Source: Camelus dromedarius (Eukaryota). From it: 64,000 nt of DNA. Position numbers and translations under genes: made by a program. The stretch lies in the NCBI RefSeq assembly GCF_036321535.1, contig NC_087436.1, positions 19,966,001 to 20,030,000 on the forward strand. Reading direction: 5' to 3'. The notes beneath the pieces are model-generated. The model was not told where the DNA came from. It worked only from the letters and a program-made list of their open reading frames with translations, and did not search any database. This document shows positions 1-14,588 of the stretch, piece by piece. Within the stretch, counting starts at the first letter, position 1; each line of letters begins with the position of its first letter.

Positions 1-78
1 GAAAACAAACCATGGAGACACAGGAATTATGCTCAATCTTACAGATGGTTAAATGGAGATTCAGAGAGATTTAATACT

Positions 79-375
79 CTTTTTCCAGTTTTACTGAGAC
101 ATAATTGACATACAGCATTGTATTAGTTTCAAATGTACAGCCTAATGACTTGAGACATACATGAATATATGGAAGTGATTACCACAATAAATCTAGTTAA
201 CATCCATCACCTCACATAGTTACAAACGTTTGTTTCTTGTGACTGAGAACCTTTAAGTTCTACTCTCTTAGCAACTTTTAAATATGCAATACAGTTTTGT
301 TAACTATAGTCACCATACTGTACATTACATCCCCCAGAACTTATTTATTTCATAACTGGAAGTCCGCATCTTTTG
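79..375 (-). mobile_element. L1 3' end fragment (L1MA-like)
   Basis: Reverse L1 3' UTR motifs (tactctcttagcaactttt...gtcaccatactgtacattacatccccagaactt). Confidence 0.75.
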
Positions 376-387
376 TGGAGAGACTTA

Positions 388-680
388 CAGGCAGACCTCA
401 GAGATATCCCAGACCACCACGATAAAGTGAGTATCACCACGAAGCGAGTCACACAAACTTTTTGGTTTCTCGGTGCATATAAAAGTTATGTTTACACTAT
501 ACTGTAGTCTCTTCAGTGTGCAACAGCATTATGTCTAAAAAAAAAAGTACATACCTTAATTTAAAAATACTTCATTGCTTAAAAGTACACATCATCTGGC
601 AGCACATGATTGCCTCAAACCTTCAATTTGTATTTAAAAAATGCAGTATCTGCGAAGTACAATAAGGCGAGATACGCCTG
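388..680 (+). mobile_element. Internally deleted Tigger1-type DNA transposon
   Basis: Termini CAGGCAGACCTC...GAGATACGCCTG with TA on both sides; internal Tigger1-like sequence. Confidence 0.85.
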
Positions 681-3449
681 TAATAATTTGTTTAAAATTA
701 TCCAGTTGGTGAGTGGCAGCCCGGGAATTCAAACCCGGAGCTGCACAGTGCATTTTATCTCTTTCTACCCCATTACGCTGCCTCTGAAGTCAGATGATGT
801 GTCCCCAACAGTGAGCAAAGGAGCACATCTCTCCAGTGTACCCCTCGTTGGCATTTGAAATACTACTGGTGGATTACCCTCGTATAGTTAGGAATGAAAA
901 ACAGTCCTCTAAATAAGGTATTTCAAAGCAGTTACAGGACAGGGGTGGACTGGTTATTACTATAATTCTAATTGTGTCCTCTTCCAATCCTTTTCTTTCT
1001 TCTTCTCATACTTTGGTATCTGGTAAATCATAGTCACTTGGAATGTTTCTTTCAGTTGGAAAAGTTAAAGAGACAGTTAATGTTTCTTTTCAACAATTTT
1101 TAATGAATTGTCTGAGCTGGAGAAATAGTTTCACAGAACTGGGTAAAATCCTCCTGGTTAAATAAAACATGTAACGCTGAAGTGAGAGGTCTGGTCAGCA
1201 GTGCAAAAGAAAAAGTTCTCGACTGAGACTCAGGAGAACTCAGGTTTAGTCCTAGCCCAGTTTCCAGGAGAAAGAGAACAGAGAATCTTCAGGCTTCTTC
1301 CACCTTCCCTCTTTTTCAAAAGCTCTGCTGTCTGTAATGTCATTGTAACTTCAGCTCAAGTGACTATCTTCTTTGTGGAGCCAAAGCTATGTGCTGGTAC
1401 GGGGGGAAATCAGTCTAGCCTACTAGAAATTCTACCACCCCCACTAAAAGTTGAAGAAGGCACAAGTCTTCAAACATAATTTTTAAAGGACTCAGCATTT
1501 GGAGTGGCAGGGACTGGGGAGGGGACACAAGAAGGGCTTCTGGGAAGCGGGGATGGTACGTTTCTTGATCTGGCTGCTGGTTGAGTTTCACGCATGGGTA
1601 GTTTTGTGACAGTTCATCAAGCTGTGTACTTAACGACAATGTTTCTGTATCCATTAGGGCTAATTGGCTTACTCCCAAATGGGTGGGTCCGGATGCCACG
1701 TGGCCACCTCCAGGCCATCAGTACGAGTGCCCCTTCGCTTTAGAGACTATGAAAGTCATGATGATGATGGCAGTCTTTCCATCAGACAACTTTTAATTTA
1801 TAGGAACACTTCCATTTGTGGTGCAAACATATTGCCCTGAACTGAATGACATGTCGGTGGAGCTATCTGCTTCCTGTTGTGTTTCAAATTGGGAGACTCT
1901 TCTGCATGGCTTGTAGCATTTGTCTGATGAACTTGCAGTAGATGAGCTGTGTCGTCTGTCCAGCCATTTACGAGAGGGAGAAGTTTTCATTATTCTTTTC
2001 TTCCTGATCCAGATAATGTTATTTGAAGCTAAAAATGATGTGTTCTTAACTAGCCCCACTGGTCCCTCACCAGCCTCGTTTGGTCTTAGCAGGTAGGTAG
2101 CTTCCAAAGGGGAGCTATTGACTCCGTTAAAAATTCTTTGCAGGAAAAGGTCTTGGTTTAAGCCCTGACAGCTTTGTGTCCAAACTAGTCCTTCTCAAAT
2201 ATATAACTGATCAGGTCTCTGCAGACCAGCAGCTGTGGGCTCACACACCAAAGTGGCAGGCACACTTTTTTAAATTCTCCAAAAGGAGAAATTTCTACCC
2301 AGTTTAGGTGCCTCGCCTGAGCTATCTATGGAAAGCCACAAAGACGGAGGGGAAAAAAAAACTGTAGCTGTTTGGCCAAGCCCCTTTATCTCTGCCCAGA
2401 TGGCCCCAGGGTTGAGTCACTTGGTACTGAAGATAGTCATCAATGCTTTCATGTTTGTGCTTGGCGGGAAATGATACCATCCAAAAGCCCCTTTAAAAAC
2501 CCGGATTGAGGACTCGGTTTCTCAGGTACAGGTTACCCCTCCTGGGGCTGCAGCTACTTTGGCCCCAGCCAGGCATCTTCCTGTCGGCAGAGTGTAAAAT
2601 TTTCTGCACACCCTTTGTAAGGCCTCTGCCATGCCCGTGGTTGTGTTTTTACTTTTGCAAAGACTACTGAGATGCCTGGAAAATGAATAGTGCTATAAAA
2701 GTTCAAATTCTTGAGTCTGTGTCATGGGTGATGGAGAGTATTTGTTGACAGATTGCCACGTGGTGACCCTGGCTTCAGTCTGGGCCTGGCTAATTCCATC
2801 TACAAGGCCTTTTCTCTATATACAATGCATTCCTCCATGCCTTTGCTATCAAAAATACATATTCTCATTTCGTGCAATTTCTTCTTTGTGCTTATTTCTT
2901 TTCAGGGCAGCAACTGCCCTCCAGTCACCAGGGTGGAAAAAAAGAAAAGTCATCCTGCTTGCAAACTAGAACATCTCTCTTTCAGATCCATTCCGTATTC
3001 CCATATGTAGGCCAAACGGGGACCTCCGCGTGGAGAGAGAGACACCCCACCCCTCGTCACACCGTGGCCCTTTTTCAATGTAGTTGTTGGAATGACAGTC
3101 AGTCAGGGGCTGTTCCCCCCCATGCAGTGTGTTTCCTTTAGCAAAGTACTTATCATTTCTGTTCTCAGCTTGCCATCCAGAAAGGATGGGCAGGCTTTGC
3201 CTTTGCTTCATGAGATCCTGGGTTCCCCGCATCCTCCGCTGGAGTTCTGTTGAGATGCCCCACACAGGGGTCTGTCCAGCTCTCTAAAGTCAACAAGTCC
3301 TAAACTAAATGTCTCATTTCCCCCACCTCCCACTGTCTCCAGACTTCTCCCCAAATAATTAAAACTGATGAGAACCCTCTTCTCTACCTTTTCTTTCCTA
3401 GCTTATTGAATAGCAGCACCATCGTGGCACAGACCGTCAGGCTGGATGC

Positions 3450-3880
3450 CTTTTGTTTGGGTTCCTCCAGAAGTCGATCCCGAGACAAAGATTTGTGCGA
3501 GTCTTTTTTTTTTTTTCCTAGGAAGCAAGATCAAGAAACACTGGGAGAGGGACGGGGAAGCGAACTGAGGAAAGGAAGGCAGCCAATAAAGGGTTCCTTA
3601 TCAAACAGGTTGCCTACTGGACAAATGGAGAGCAGTGTCTCTGGGGAGCTCTGGGAAGCAATGGAGGACACACATCTCAGGGTTCTCTGCCCACCGGGGT
3701 GAGAGCGCTGGAGTGCAAGCTGCTCCCAGGACAGTCAATTCCCCAGCACCCTAGTCTTACCAACCAGGTGGGCAAAGCGGGCTCCTGTGGCCAGAGAGCC
3801 CTTGGCAAATGTGTGCAGTTGCTGGCAGTGGGAAGACAGGCACTGAAGTCGTGGAGGCAAGCTGATGGTGAAGAGGGGAG
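3450..3880. mobile_element. Old ERVL-type LTR fragment (LTR16-like)
   Basis: gggttctccagaag...cccgagacaaagatttg motif recalled from LTR16-type repeats; boundaries approximate. Confidence 0.45.
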
Positions 3881-6800
3881 GCGGGAAGGACAGTATGGCT
3901 GCACCTTCTTCACTGTCACTCCTTCTTCGCCCTCCACGTGTGCCCAGTTCCCGTGCATTCCTGCACTGGTTCTTCCTCTTGCATCTCTTCCAGGTGCATT
4001 TTATCCTTTTCATCCCAACTGCCAATGTCCTTATTCAGTCTCCATCAGTGGGCCTCTGGGTGACAACCGTGGTTTCTGGCTGGTCTTCTGTCTCCAGCGT
4101 CACCCCTGCTAGTCCCTTCTTTCCATCCTGGAGCCACGTTCTTTCTAGAAGGCAGATCTGATCATCTCCTTCTCTGTCCTGCCAGCTTCCTATTTTCCTC
4201 AGGATAAAGTCTCATTCCAACTGCTGGCACCTGAAGTCTTCCCAATCGGCTTTTTTTTTCTTTTTAAGTCTCTGCATTCTTTGGAAATCATTCCCTTCCA
4301 CTCCCAAACTGGACTAGGTGTCACTTCCTTTGATCTCCTTGGATATTTAGAATGTCCTGTTTAAGCATCCACCTTCTCCCTTAGCAGTAAACTCCTTGGT
4401 GGGCATCAGCTGACTCTTTGACCATTGTATCTCCCAGAAGGTGGCCCCAAGTGTAGCTGCTCATCAATCTTGTTGAAAAGCTACGTGGTTTGTCAAACCA
4501 GTGATACATGCTCTCAAGAGAGATCTGATAAAACTCTGACTGTGACACAGAGCGGTTCTTGATTGTAGGTTAAAATGGATCCCTTTATAAATAAAGTGTG
4601 TGAGAAAGCTTTTTTCAAAAATAGTTGTTCTGTCTAGCTAATGTGAGTGGCTGCCGGGACATAACCCTCTACTTAGAATTAAATGGTTAAGCTCAACAGG
4701 AGAAAAATTGCAGGGCTATTGTGTTCTCTCTTTGCACCTTAGATAGAGATCTAATTGCCACTAGAGAAACTCGAGGGCAGCTTTTCTGAGGGCAGAGAGT
4801 GGAAGATAGAAGACCAAGAAGACTAGATGGTTTGACGAAGGCTAACACTTGGGTTCCCGGGAAACTCCAGTAACTGATTTTTGCGTGTAATAATAAAACT
4901 TCCCAGACGTAAAATTCCCTGTTACTAGTCTCATATTAAAAAGCTTGGGATTGTTTCAAATAGAATTGTTTTCCCATCCGTGAGCCAACTGTTTTATCCA
5001 GTGAGCTCCTCTTTTCATGTAAATTATTTTATTGAGAGACATTTGTTATATTTTGATCCAAATAGGGCAAAAGTTGACATCAGGATCTCTCATCAGTACT
5101 AATGGGAAACTGTGTGAGGCAGATTTGAATTCAGGCCTGAAGCTCTGTGGAATTTGGGCAGCCCATGAAAGGGACATATCTTTTTCTTCTTGCAAGATAC
5201 TGAACAATGATACCTGGCTTTCTCCTCTTGCTTGGGAATCATCCCACAGATTTTCTGACACTTCCTCAATTGTTTCTTACACCTGAGGAGAGAAACAATT
5301 TTCTACAGCTGTCAGGCTGCACACCTCCCGAGTCCCCCACGTTTCTCCTCACCTCTGCACGGAGCAGCCAAGCTGGATGTGCCCACTGGCGCACAGCCGT
5401 TTCCGCCCTCAGCTGCCTGCTTTCTCCAGTGTTGCTGCACTCTGTCTCACCCCCATTGTTTCCTTCTCTTTTTCTGTTGTGAGCCATCGTGGGGCTTACA
5501 GGAGGCAAGACTTAAATACTCTACTAATCACATAAATAAGAAATGAATTCTCTAAGTTACAGAGAATTACAGCGCTCCCTGTTATTTTGTGAACTTGGAC
5601 CCTGATGCGCCATTCTGAGAAGTCAGTCTCCAAATAGACTTGAGCAAGTAACACTAAGGTCTAGAGGGACAAGGGTATGCTTTCAGCATAAATATCTGAA
5701 AACAAATTAAATGTCCATAAGGTAAGAAACTGGTGAAATGAACCGTAGGACATTTGATGGAAAATGCCAGAGCGGTTAAAAAAAGGTGAAGGAGATCTTT
5801 GGGAATCTGTGTGAAAAGATGTCTTAAGATACATCATTAGATTTAAACAACAAAAAACTGGCTACTGACAACATAGGTGACATGATCCCATTTATATTTT
5901 TTAAAAAAGAGGTGGTGCATTTTCTATACACATAATATGCTTGTGTGTGCATAGATAATTTCTCCACAGATAAACTCCACAAATAGACTCTGAACAGTGA
6001 CTCCCATGAGGAGTGAAAAGGGCTGGAATTGGGAGGAGAGGGGTAGTTAAGAGAGGGGTGTTCTTTCATTCTTCAGTTCATATCCTTTGTTCTGTTTTTG
6101 TTAATTAATTTATATTACTTTTATAATTTTTTAGATACCTATGTGTTCAAATCACTTTTTTTTAGAATCTATCATTTACTCGTATGATGATTTGGAGTGC
6201 TAATGAACAATCTCTAAACTGAGTGAACTACTGAAAATATTGATAAAGCAATGATGCTTAGCCATCTTCCTTTGGTGAGCCCTCCCAGCGAGATGCCAGC
6301 GTTAAATGAGTGTTTCACACAGTTCATGAAAATGTAAATCAGGTTGTAAATCCTCATGAGCGGTAAGACCCCATAGTTTGTAAAAATGCTTGCATACTGG
6401 GGGAAAATCAGGGAGGACCGATGTAGAAATGTTAACTCAGTGTTATTAAGATTTCAAGTGACTTTCACTTACATTTTATGGACTTCCATTTTCACAATAA
6501 GCATCCATTACTTTTATAATCAGAAACATCATTGGAACAAAGGTAAAACTATCTTGTATGTTCTGGTAATGAATGCTTGACACCAGATCTCTCTAGAAGT
6601 TTTTCTCATGAGGATATGCCTGGTGCTTTGGACAAGGAGACCAACTTCAGCAGAACTTATGTGTGTCCATAGAAAAAATGGCAGACCTACAAAAATGAAT
6701 GGAGATATTCTCAGCTGGAAGAGATGAAAATGTTGGGAAAAAAATCTTATAACGGGTGTTTGGAAAGTGAAACCTATCTTAAGATATCAAAATACTTCAG

Positions 6801-8554
6801 ATTAAGGGATGCTGTTCTCATATCTTGCACTCATTGGCACCTGCTGCTTTTACAATTTCCTCATCTTCTGTTACATGTACTTACGTGCACCCTTGGGTAC
6901 CTTCCTTCTATCCAGGGCTTTCCAGTCAAAATGACTCATCCATCTGCAGAATCTAGTTTCCCTGCTGTAAGTAACCAGGAATGAGTCACTCAGATCAGTT
7001 GCTTTTCTTTCAACTTGAATGGAATTAGGTTCAGGGACGTTCAGTTGAAAGACTCAGAAATGGGTGGGTCCCAGGAACGGCAGTGGTGAGGTTATCAGGG
7101 AAGTCAGCTGTCTTATAGGAATGGGAAACAGGATGGAGAATCAGGTAGTCCAGAGGGGAATGACTTATTATAAAGGACAAAGTCCAAGCTCTAGCTGTCA
7201 GTCTTTGCCAGAGTGTGGAGGCAGGAATAAATTACGGATTTTAGGTAACCATTTTGTCTTAAAGGCGAGATGACTCATACAAATTACTTTTTTTGCTCAC
7301 TAATTTTGTATGTACTGTGTAGGTACTTGCCAAAAGCAAAGCAGGGGAAAATTTTACTCAGGGGGAAAAAAAATGTGTACTCTTGCAAATGCTTTTAACA
7401 TGTAGGCATGCTTTCGGTATGTGAAAGTTCTTTTTGACGCTATTTTTGGCCAAATTGTTTTTCATTTTTATGAAAAATGTTAATTTTTAAAGCACTCCGG
7501 TCTATCTCCCAACTGTTACTTTTATCACTCGAAAATGTGGTATTTTAAAAATATCATCACTGGTGTCATGCTAAGACTTGCCTTGGATTACAAGCCTTTC
7601 ATAGTAATTAATTTTTTTAAGGCATTTGGACATGAAAAAGAAATAAAATGAAAGTTCACCAAAATGTTCATAGCAGTTGTCTTTGGGTAGTGATGGAGAG
7701 TGTGGTTATGGTTCTTGGATTTTTTTTCTCACTTGTCTTTGTTCTTCTAGTTTTCTATAATGAGCATGGAACACTTATAAAGAAAAAAATCAAATTTATT
7801 AGAGGGAGTAAAGGTGTTAAGGGAGAAAAATAAGATTCGTGATGCTTTGAGTTGCACTGTAGTAATTCTCATGGTCACACACAAGATGGGTCTTTGTCCA
7901 AGGCTCCCAAACATCTTGTGTTACAGTGAGCAGATATTAGCAGAGTCGTTTCCAAAAATGTAAGTTACGTATCCTGTAAGTTATTAACAAAGAGCTGAGA
8001 AATACTCATATGAATTATACGTATGACCATGGTCTTTTAAGTACGTTATTTCAGTTTGACAACTTACTAAGCTCACTTGAGGAGCAACTGAAGTTTAAGG
8101 ATGGTTCCTTATTTTTAATCTTACAAAGGAGATTCATGAATTAAATGTATATTGGAGCACCTGCTATTGGAGAGAAGTGCGCACCATCTTATTTAACTGT
8201 GCTGTTGAGAATAGTGTTTAATGGAACAGTGCTTTGTACTGTTGCATTGCACTGTTGGTCTCATAAATATCATTCACCTAGGTATAATTAATAATACCAT
8301 CGCTGCTGCTGAATATTTTCAGTAGTTTTATCAAGAGGTGTAATGAGCGTTCACATTTTTGTTGCATCTATTTAGTTTCCTAACAGAAGAAGTCAATGAG
8401 AAAAACGATCTTAGTGGCTACCAACAGATTCACTGACTTGCCCCTTAAATTACCTTCATTCTTCTCCATCAGTGTCAGAGGATACTGAGATGTCGTGAAA
8501 TGGGGATTAAATATAAAAGGATCGGAATAGCATTAAGTATTTGATGAGCAGTAT

Positions 8555-9194
8555 TGTTGCCTGTAGATGAAACCGGTGTTCCAGGTTCTTGCTCCGTCCC
8601 AGAAAGAATTCAGAGACAAGATGTGGAGATTAAGAAGTAAAGTGAGGATTTATTAAGGGAGGGATAGTATACTCTCAGGGGAGAGCGGGCAGGCTCAGGT
8701 GAGCAGCAGCCCTGAGTTTTTTTGGCAAGTTGGTTACATAGGGTGTAAAAATGAATGGGCGGAATATTCATTGGGGCGGGAAGGGTTTGGGGTCATATTC
8801 CCTGATTTCCATCCCAACTCCACCTTCCTGAGGGGAGGAGGGATTTTTGTCCTTATTTAGTCTGGATCCAAAGTGTCATAGTGTCACTGCATGATGGGTA
8901 CTTCTAATCAGCAAGGCTAATTTTATTGTAATGAGGGCACAATGAGCAAAAGGACACTGGAGATTCCTGCCTTTTCTGACCTTTGTCGACCTCCGGACCG
9001 CTCATCACCCATAAGATGTGACCACTTATCAGCCCAGAGGTTCCTGTTTTCTTCCTCTGCCCAGGGGCCCTTGGTGCTCACATGATGTGTGGTTTCCTGC
9101 ATTTGGCCTGTGTCTCTCCTTTTTGCCCAATTTCTACCATTTGGTCTGTGTCCCCCGTTCTCTGCTCGTATCTAGCTATCTGCCTGCGCTAACA
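8555..9194 (-). mobile_element. Solo LTR, 640 bp, ERV1-like
   Basis: TGTT...AACA termini; 4-bp GTAT duplication (8551-8554, 9195-9198); minus-strand AATAAA at 8649-8654. Confidence 0.85.
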
Positions 9195-9249
9195 GTATGA
9201 GACACTATTATGAGGTGTAGGTACCCCTGGGTAAAAAGAAAGCTTATTT

Positions 9250-9870
9250 CTTCATTCAGCAAATACTTAGGGAGCTGCTATTGTATGATGAGTACTTTTT
9301 AGGTCTAGGGAAGAACAGTGAACAGAACAAAGTCCCTGTCCTTATGGGGTTTACATGCAAGGAAGGAAGAGAAGCAGTTGCTACACAAATGATTAGACAG
9401 TGTGTATATGATATACACACATATGTAATAACATTCTAAAAGTAAATAATATCTTTATATGTAATGTATAATTTTATTTGTATATATATTTAATAACATC
9501 ATGAAAAAACTAAGCCAGGTAAGGGGGGTTGGAAAGGAGCCATCCTAGTAGGATGGTCAGAGAAAGCTCTCCCTGAGAAGGTACAGTACGGGGCCGGTCC
9601 CGTCCTGACTCTGGGGGCGAGTGCTCTCGGTGGAGGAAGCTGGTACTACAAGGCCCAGAATGGGGATGAGCTGGCTTGGGGAGATGATGGCAGAAGAGAG
9701 GCTGGCTGGAGGGGAGGGAAGGGGAAAAGCTGGTAGAGCCTGCTGGTGAATAAGCCAGGATTTGGGCTTCACTGCAAGTATCCCAGGAACCACTGGAATG
9801 TTTTGAGCAGAGAAATAACAGAATCTCCCTTCCATTTAAAAAAGTTAATCTGACTTTTTCTTGTTTAATC
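9250..9870. mobile_element. L2 fragment
   Basis: cattcagcaaatactta...gtccctgtccttatggggtttacat... degenerate L2 3' region; boundaries approximate. Confidence 0.55.
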
Positions 9871-11369
9871 TTTAAAGCCCTAACAAAGTCCTCTGAAAAG
9901 CTTAATGGAAACAAAGAGGACTTGAACAAAGATAAGAGAGGCAGAGAAAGTTAATTTAATTTACTGGGTATTCTTTTTATAGTGGATGGAATCTGTACAT
10001 ATCCCTTTAATAATTCCAATAACCAATACATTGAATAATGTAATAATTTATTGGTGGTGAGTGTTGCCCGATATTTATCTCATTTGATTTTTCTGACTAT
10101 AAGTTATGAGAGAGGGATGACATTTTTATGTTACTGTGTTTAGTTAAACTTTCGGTTTCTTCTCAATCAGTTGAAAATGACAATCTAGACAGTGAACTGA
10201 ATATTTATGGAAAAAAGTCTACAAAAGTCACCCTCATAATAAAAAAGCTTGGAAAGCTACAAAATTTCAAATCAGAATTTTTAAAAAATGGCAAGACAAA
10301 TCCATTATTTAGAATTCATTGTCAGAAAGAGAATGCCTTTGTAAGAAAGGGGAATTTAGCTTCACACTGGAATTGCTTCATTATTATTTGTAAAGAGCTC
10401 TGTCAGGGAACTACGAATTCGCCAATAAAACTACAAATTACTCCAACAGATGTTTACAAAGCGTGCCTAGAGGCCATTGTGTGTGTGTGTTTTGCCAATT
10501 CTGCCATTGAAGGGGTGATTTACGGTCCTAAAGCCACTAATGATGGCGCTTCACAAACGTTACACCACGTTGTATCATCTAAGACAATAACGTCTGTTAT
10601 TTACAACAGAATTCTTGAATATTTGTTACCTACATGCGTTACTGACAAGCAGAAGAACGCCTATTGGGGAGCACATAATGTGAATCTTTTGAAGTGGGAG
10701 GTTTGCCTTTTCTCGTTCATGAGAACAGCACTTAATAAGGAATTTCTTAGAAACACTAGCAAGTACTAAGCCGTCAGAAACTTCCTGCTAAATATGTACC
10801 ACTTCCCACCTATCTCCGACAATCCTCAGACGTTGAAATCTCTTTTTAACAATATTTTATTGTCCATAATATTTGAGGAAATGGAGATTCTTCATAGATC
10901 TTTTGAGACTTGCATTGTGTAAATACATTGTTTGTCTACATTTTTGTTTCAAGTGCTTTTTAACCACCAGACTAGAGTGAGGTGATTCTCTAGACTAGAC
11001 CTGTTAACCATTTTTCAGCCAACCCATTCCGAGGCAGTTTGCTGAGACAGGAAATGAGATAATACGATTCAGTGATAAAACAAGCAGTCCGCTCCTTGCT
11101 GGCAAGCTGTGAGGTCGACTTCTTAATAGAGGGTTGGAGAGTGAGTCTGAATTACAGTTTCCTCCAGGATGATACAAGCTTCAAAATTCACTGGGGGAAC
11201 GGTTGATGGTGCAGACAAGAGAAACCTTTACAAGTGATCTCTTTACATCCATTTACACTCATGAGTGTGTGTGTGTGTGTTCTTTTTTTTTTTTTTTTTT
11301 TGACATGTGAGAACAAACTGGTCAAACTCTCTTAAAGGGTTTTTGCTATTTTCCTTTTTTTTTTAACAT

Positions 11370-11725
11370 TCTTTTTTTTAATTGAATTATAGTAGCTATA
11401 CAATATCATGTAAGTTACAGGTGTACAATATAGTAATTCACAATTTGTAAAGGTTGTATTCCATTTATAGTTATTGTAAGATACTGGCTATTTCCCCCAT
11501 GTTGTACAATGTGCCCTTGTAGCTTATTTTATTCTTAATAGTTTGTATCTCTTAATCCCCTCACCCCATTCAGTCCCCACTTCTCTCTCCCCACTGGTAA
11601 CTACTAATCTGTTCTCTGTATCTGTGAGTCTGCTTCTTTTTTGTTATATTCACTAGTTTGTTATATTTTTTGATTCCACGTATACATGAGATCATACAGT
11701 ATTTGTCTTTCTCCATCTGACTTAA
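11370..11725 (-). mobile_element. L1 3' end fragment
   Basis: Poly-T followed by reverse L1 3' UTR (ccccactggtaactactaatctgttctctgtatctgtgagtctg). Confidence 0.85.
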
Positions 11726-14588
11726 GGGCTTTGCTATTTTAAATAGAAACGTCCACTTAAGAGATTTCATAGTTAAAAAAAAGTTCTTAGTTGACTCACT
11801 GTTCCCTGGCAATGGTGGCCCCTCTTCAGGGTAGGACACCATATATTAGAACAAGTTATAACAAAGAGAAATGAATTTGAGGAAAACTGCGTCCATCTGA
11901 CCTTTTGTATTTGGTATGCATAGATAACCCAACCAGGATGCTCTTGTGCGCTTAGCACACTGAAGGCACTTAAGTCATTTTCATTTTACTGGGGATCTGT
12001 GGTAAAGCTGCAGTTAGACCGCTGGGAAATCATTACTGGCTCAAGCTAAGTGCTATTGCTGACTCTATTATGGTCCTGGAGTCTTGGGGAGTCATCTACG
12101 CTGATTCATAAGGATTCCTTTGATCAGTTGGAAAAACTTCTCCCTGCTTGGAATGAGGGCAGAGAAGTCTCACAGGTCAGATTGTGCTGCTGACATTCTC
12201 AAGATGATGCTAGTAACTCCTCTCAGATTATGTCCATGACACTTTCTAAATCCCTTTGCAAACAGCTGGATCCCAACATGACTGCCTTTATTTGTGCAAT
12301 TGAAGAACTAGAGTGATCCTGGCACACCGCTAGCAAAGAAGTAATTTTCTTACCCTCTTGAAGGTGGTAACCAGCTTGGGCTCGTTTTTTTTTTTGTTTC
12401 AAATTGCTCAGGTTGATGGGATTAAAGATATTTAAAAGAAAGAATTTAAAATCTGCAGTAGGAAAAAGATATTTGTGTTTATTTTATGTATTGGGTTTAA
12501 TAGACTTGCCCTCTTAAAATACTTTATCATAACAAAGTAGGTGGGCCCACGTACTAAGTTGGTAGCTTTCAAATTTCTGAACAAAAACTCATAGTAAATT
12601 TCCCACCTGTTTATATATGTGTACGTATATGTGTATCTTAAATGACAATGCAAAATATATAGAGATAGGCTGATTGATTGCTAAAGATAGGTAAATGAAA
12701 CAATCTTCACCATGTACCATGTCTGATTTTTCTAATGTATCCTATTTTATTTCACCTTTTTTTTTTTTTTTTTTTTTGAATGCTAGTGGAGACCAATTTA
12801 GTTCATGATCTGCCAGTAGGTCACAATTAGCAGTTTGGTCATTACTGGGCTAACCAATAAGGGTACCTAGAGTATATTCTCTCCTTTGAGTTCCCCAGTG
12901 ACAAACCCAAGAACTAAAACACTTGGTGCTTTGGTTTTGACTTGACAGGTTGGTTTGTGCCAAACACTTTGAGGCTCCAAACTCCCATCCTATTGAGATG
13001 ACTGAATCACTTCTGAACGAGACCTTTGAAGCTGTCACCCACTGTACTAAAAACAAATCAAACAAAAGGGGGAACCAGACCCTTCCCAGAGTGATCTGGT
13101 ACTATTCCACATGTATCGCAGTAGGAAAGGAAAAGTAATGATGTTTTTCACATTTGAGTGAATCTCATTGAAGAACAAATGTCTCTGATTGCTTTTCAAA
13201 ATTTTTAAGTAATGGCAAAGTGAACTTAAGTGGAAGGAAAAAGATAGAAGAAAAATTCTTAATTCTGCATTTAGCCATTAATTGAATAGATTCCTTGGTA
13301 TCTGAAATTAGTCTTTGGTTTTTCACCTTCTTGGATGTAAATAGTGCTGACAGTGCCCATCCTTGATTCTTATTTGGCGTGTTAGACAGGGGTAAATGAC
13401 CCCCAGTCCCCAGTATGTTGCCTTTAATTCCCATTTTTTAAAATAATTTCTTCCTACAAAGAGCCAATCACCCTTCCTGCCTGCTCCCCTCCACCCTCAA
13501 CATGAATGGTAAAATGCTCAGGTTGAAATAATGGAGTTTTTTGGTTGCTGGAAATGATGGATTGCAGCAATCAGCTAAGCTTTTAAAAGCATATATATTA
13601 AAAGGGAGAAGAAGGTATGTCTTGGATTCCACCCACTCCAGAAATCAACTAAGAGAGAATTCTCTCCATTTAAACAATGTAATTTCATCCTACCCTTGGG
13701 GCATTACTGCTGCTATGTTGACGAACGTGTACATCAAATTGATTGGCTTCCCGCGCCCTGACAGTCATTAATTCTGCAAAAGGTGCTGGGGACCTTCCCG
13801 GTGCATGGAGTGATCTGAAAACAACGCAGGGTGACAGCCTTTTCCTCAGCTCACCCCCGAAGTCCCATCGCAGGACAGGTGACGGGCCTGACATATCTTT
13901 TTACAGTACACGTCTTCCCATTCTCTCTAATAAGAAAGAGATTTGAAGATATTATTTGCTTTGAAGGAGCTGGTCCCATGGTACATAGAAACGTTTCCAT
14001 TGGTCAAAACAGTCGTAATGCCAGGTGTTATGGGGGCTGTCAAGGTAGGGGAGCTTGAATGGTGGGGCTAAAAACGCTTACTTATTTGAAGAGACCTGCA
14101 AATAATTCACACTTACCACACATATATAGTATCCAAATGTCTGAAAAGATGGTGCCAGCAACATTAAAAGGCTAAAGTTTAATAAAGGCAGTGCTTTCTG
14201 TTCTCAAAGGGTCAAATTTTCTTCTGTCATTAGACTTTCTACAAAAGAACACTATTCAGACCTGGAGGATTTTTTTTTTTCACTTCCCATAGGCAATTAT
14301 TTCCATCTTAACCTTGGATAGACGAAGTTAGACTAGTAGTTAAATGTGCTTGGAATTATGCCTGTGACTTTTTTTTTTTATTACCCTGTGAATTTTCTTA
14401 TTGAAAGCTCAGTGAACTTCTTAATTTAAAAAATAAGAACAGCTCGTGCTCTTTGCCCCGGGTAATCACCAGGGCACCACTGTCATCAGAGGGATGTTAA
14501 GGACCTACCTGTCTGTATCCCTGCTAGGATTTAAATAGCCACAGCCCCTATTTTCTCAAAATCTGCAACCTAGGATACATGAGATGTA

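Noticed and set aside
10128..10769. 213-aa intronic ORF
   Set aside because: No domain, codon bias or convincing exon structure; treated as a chance ORF
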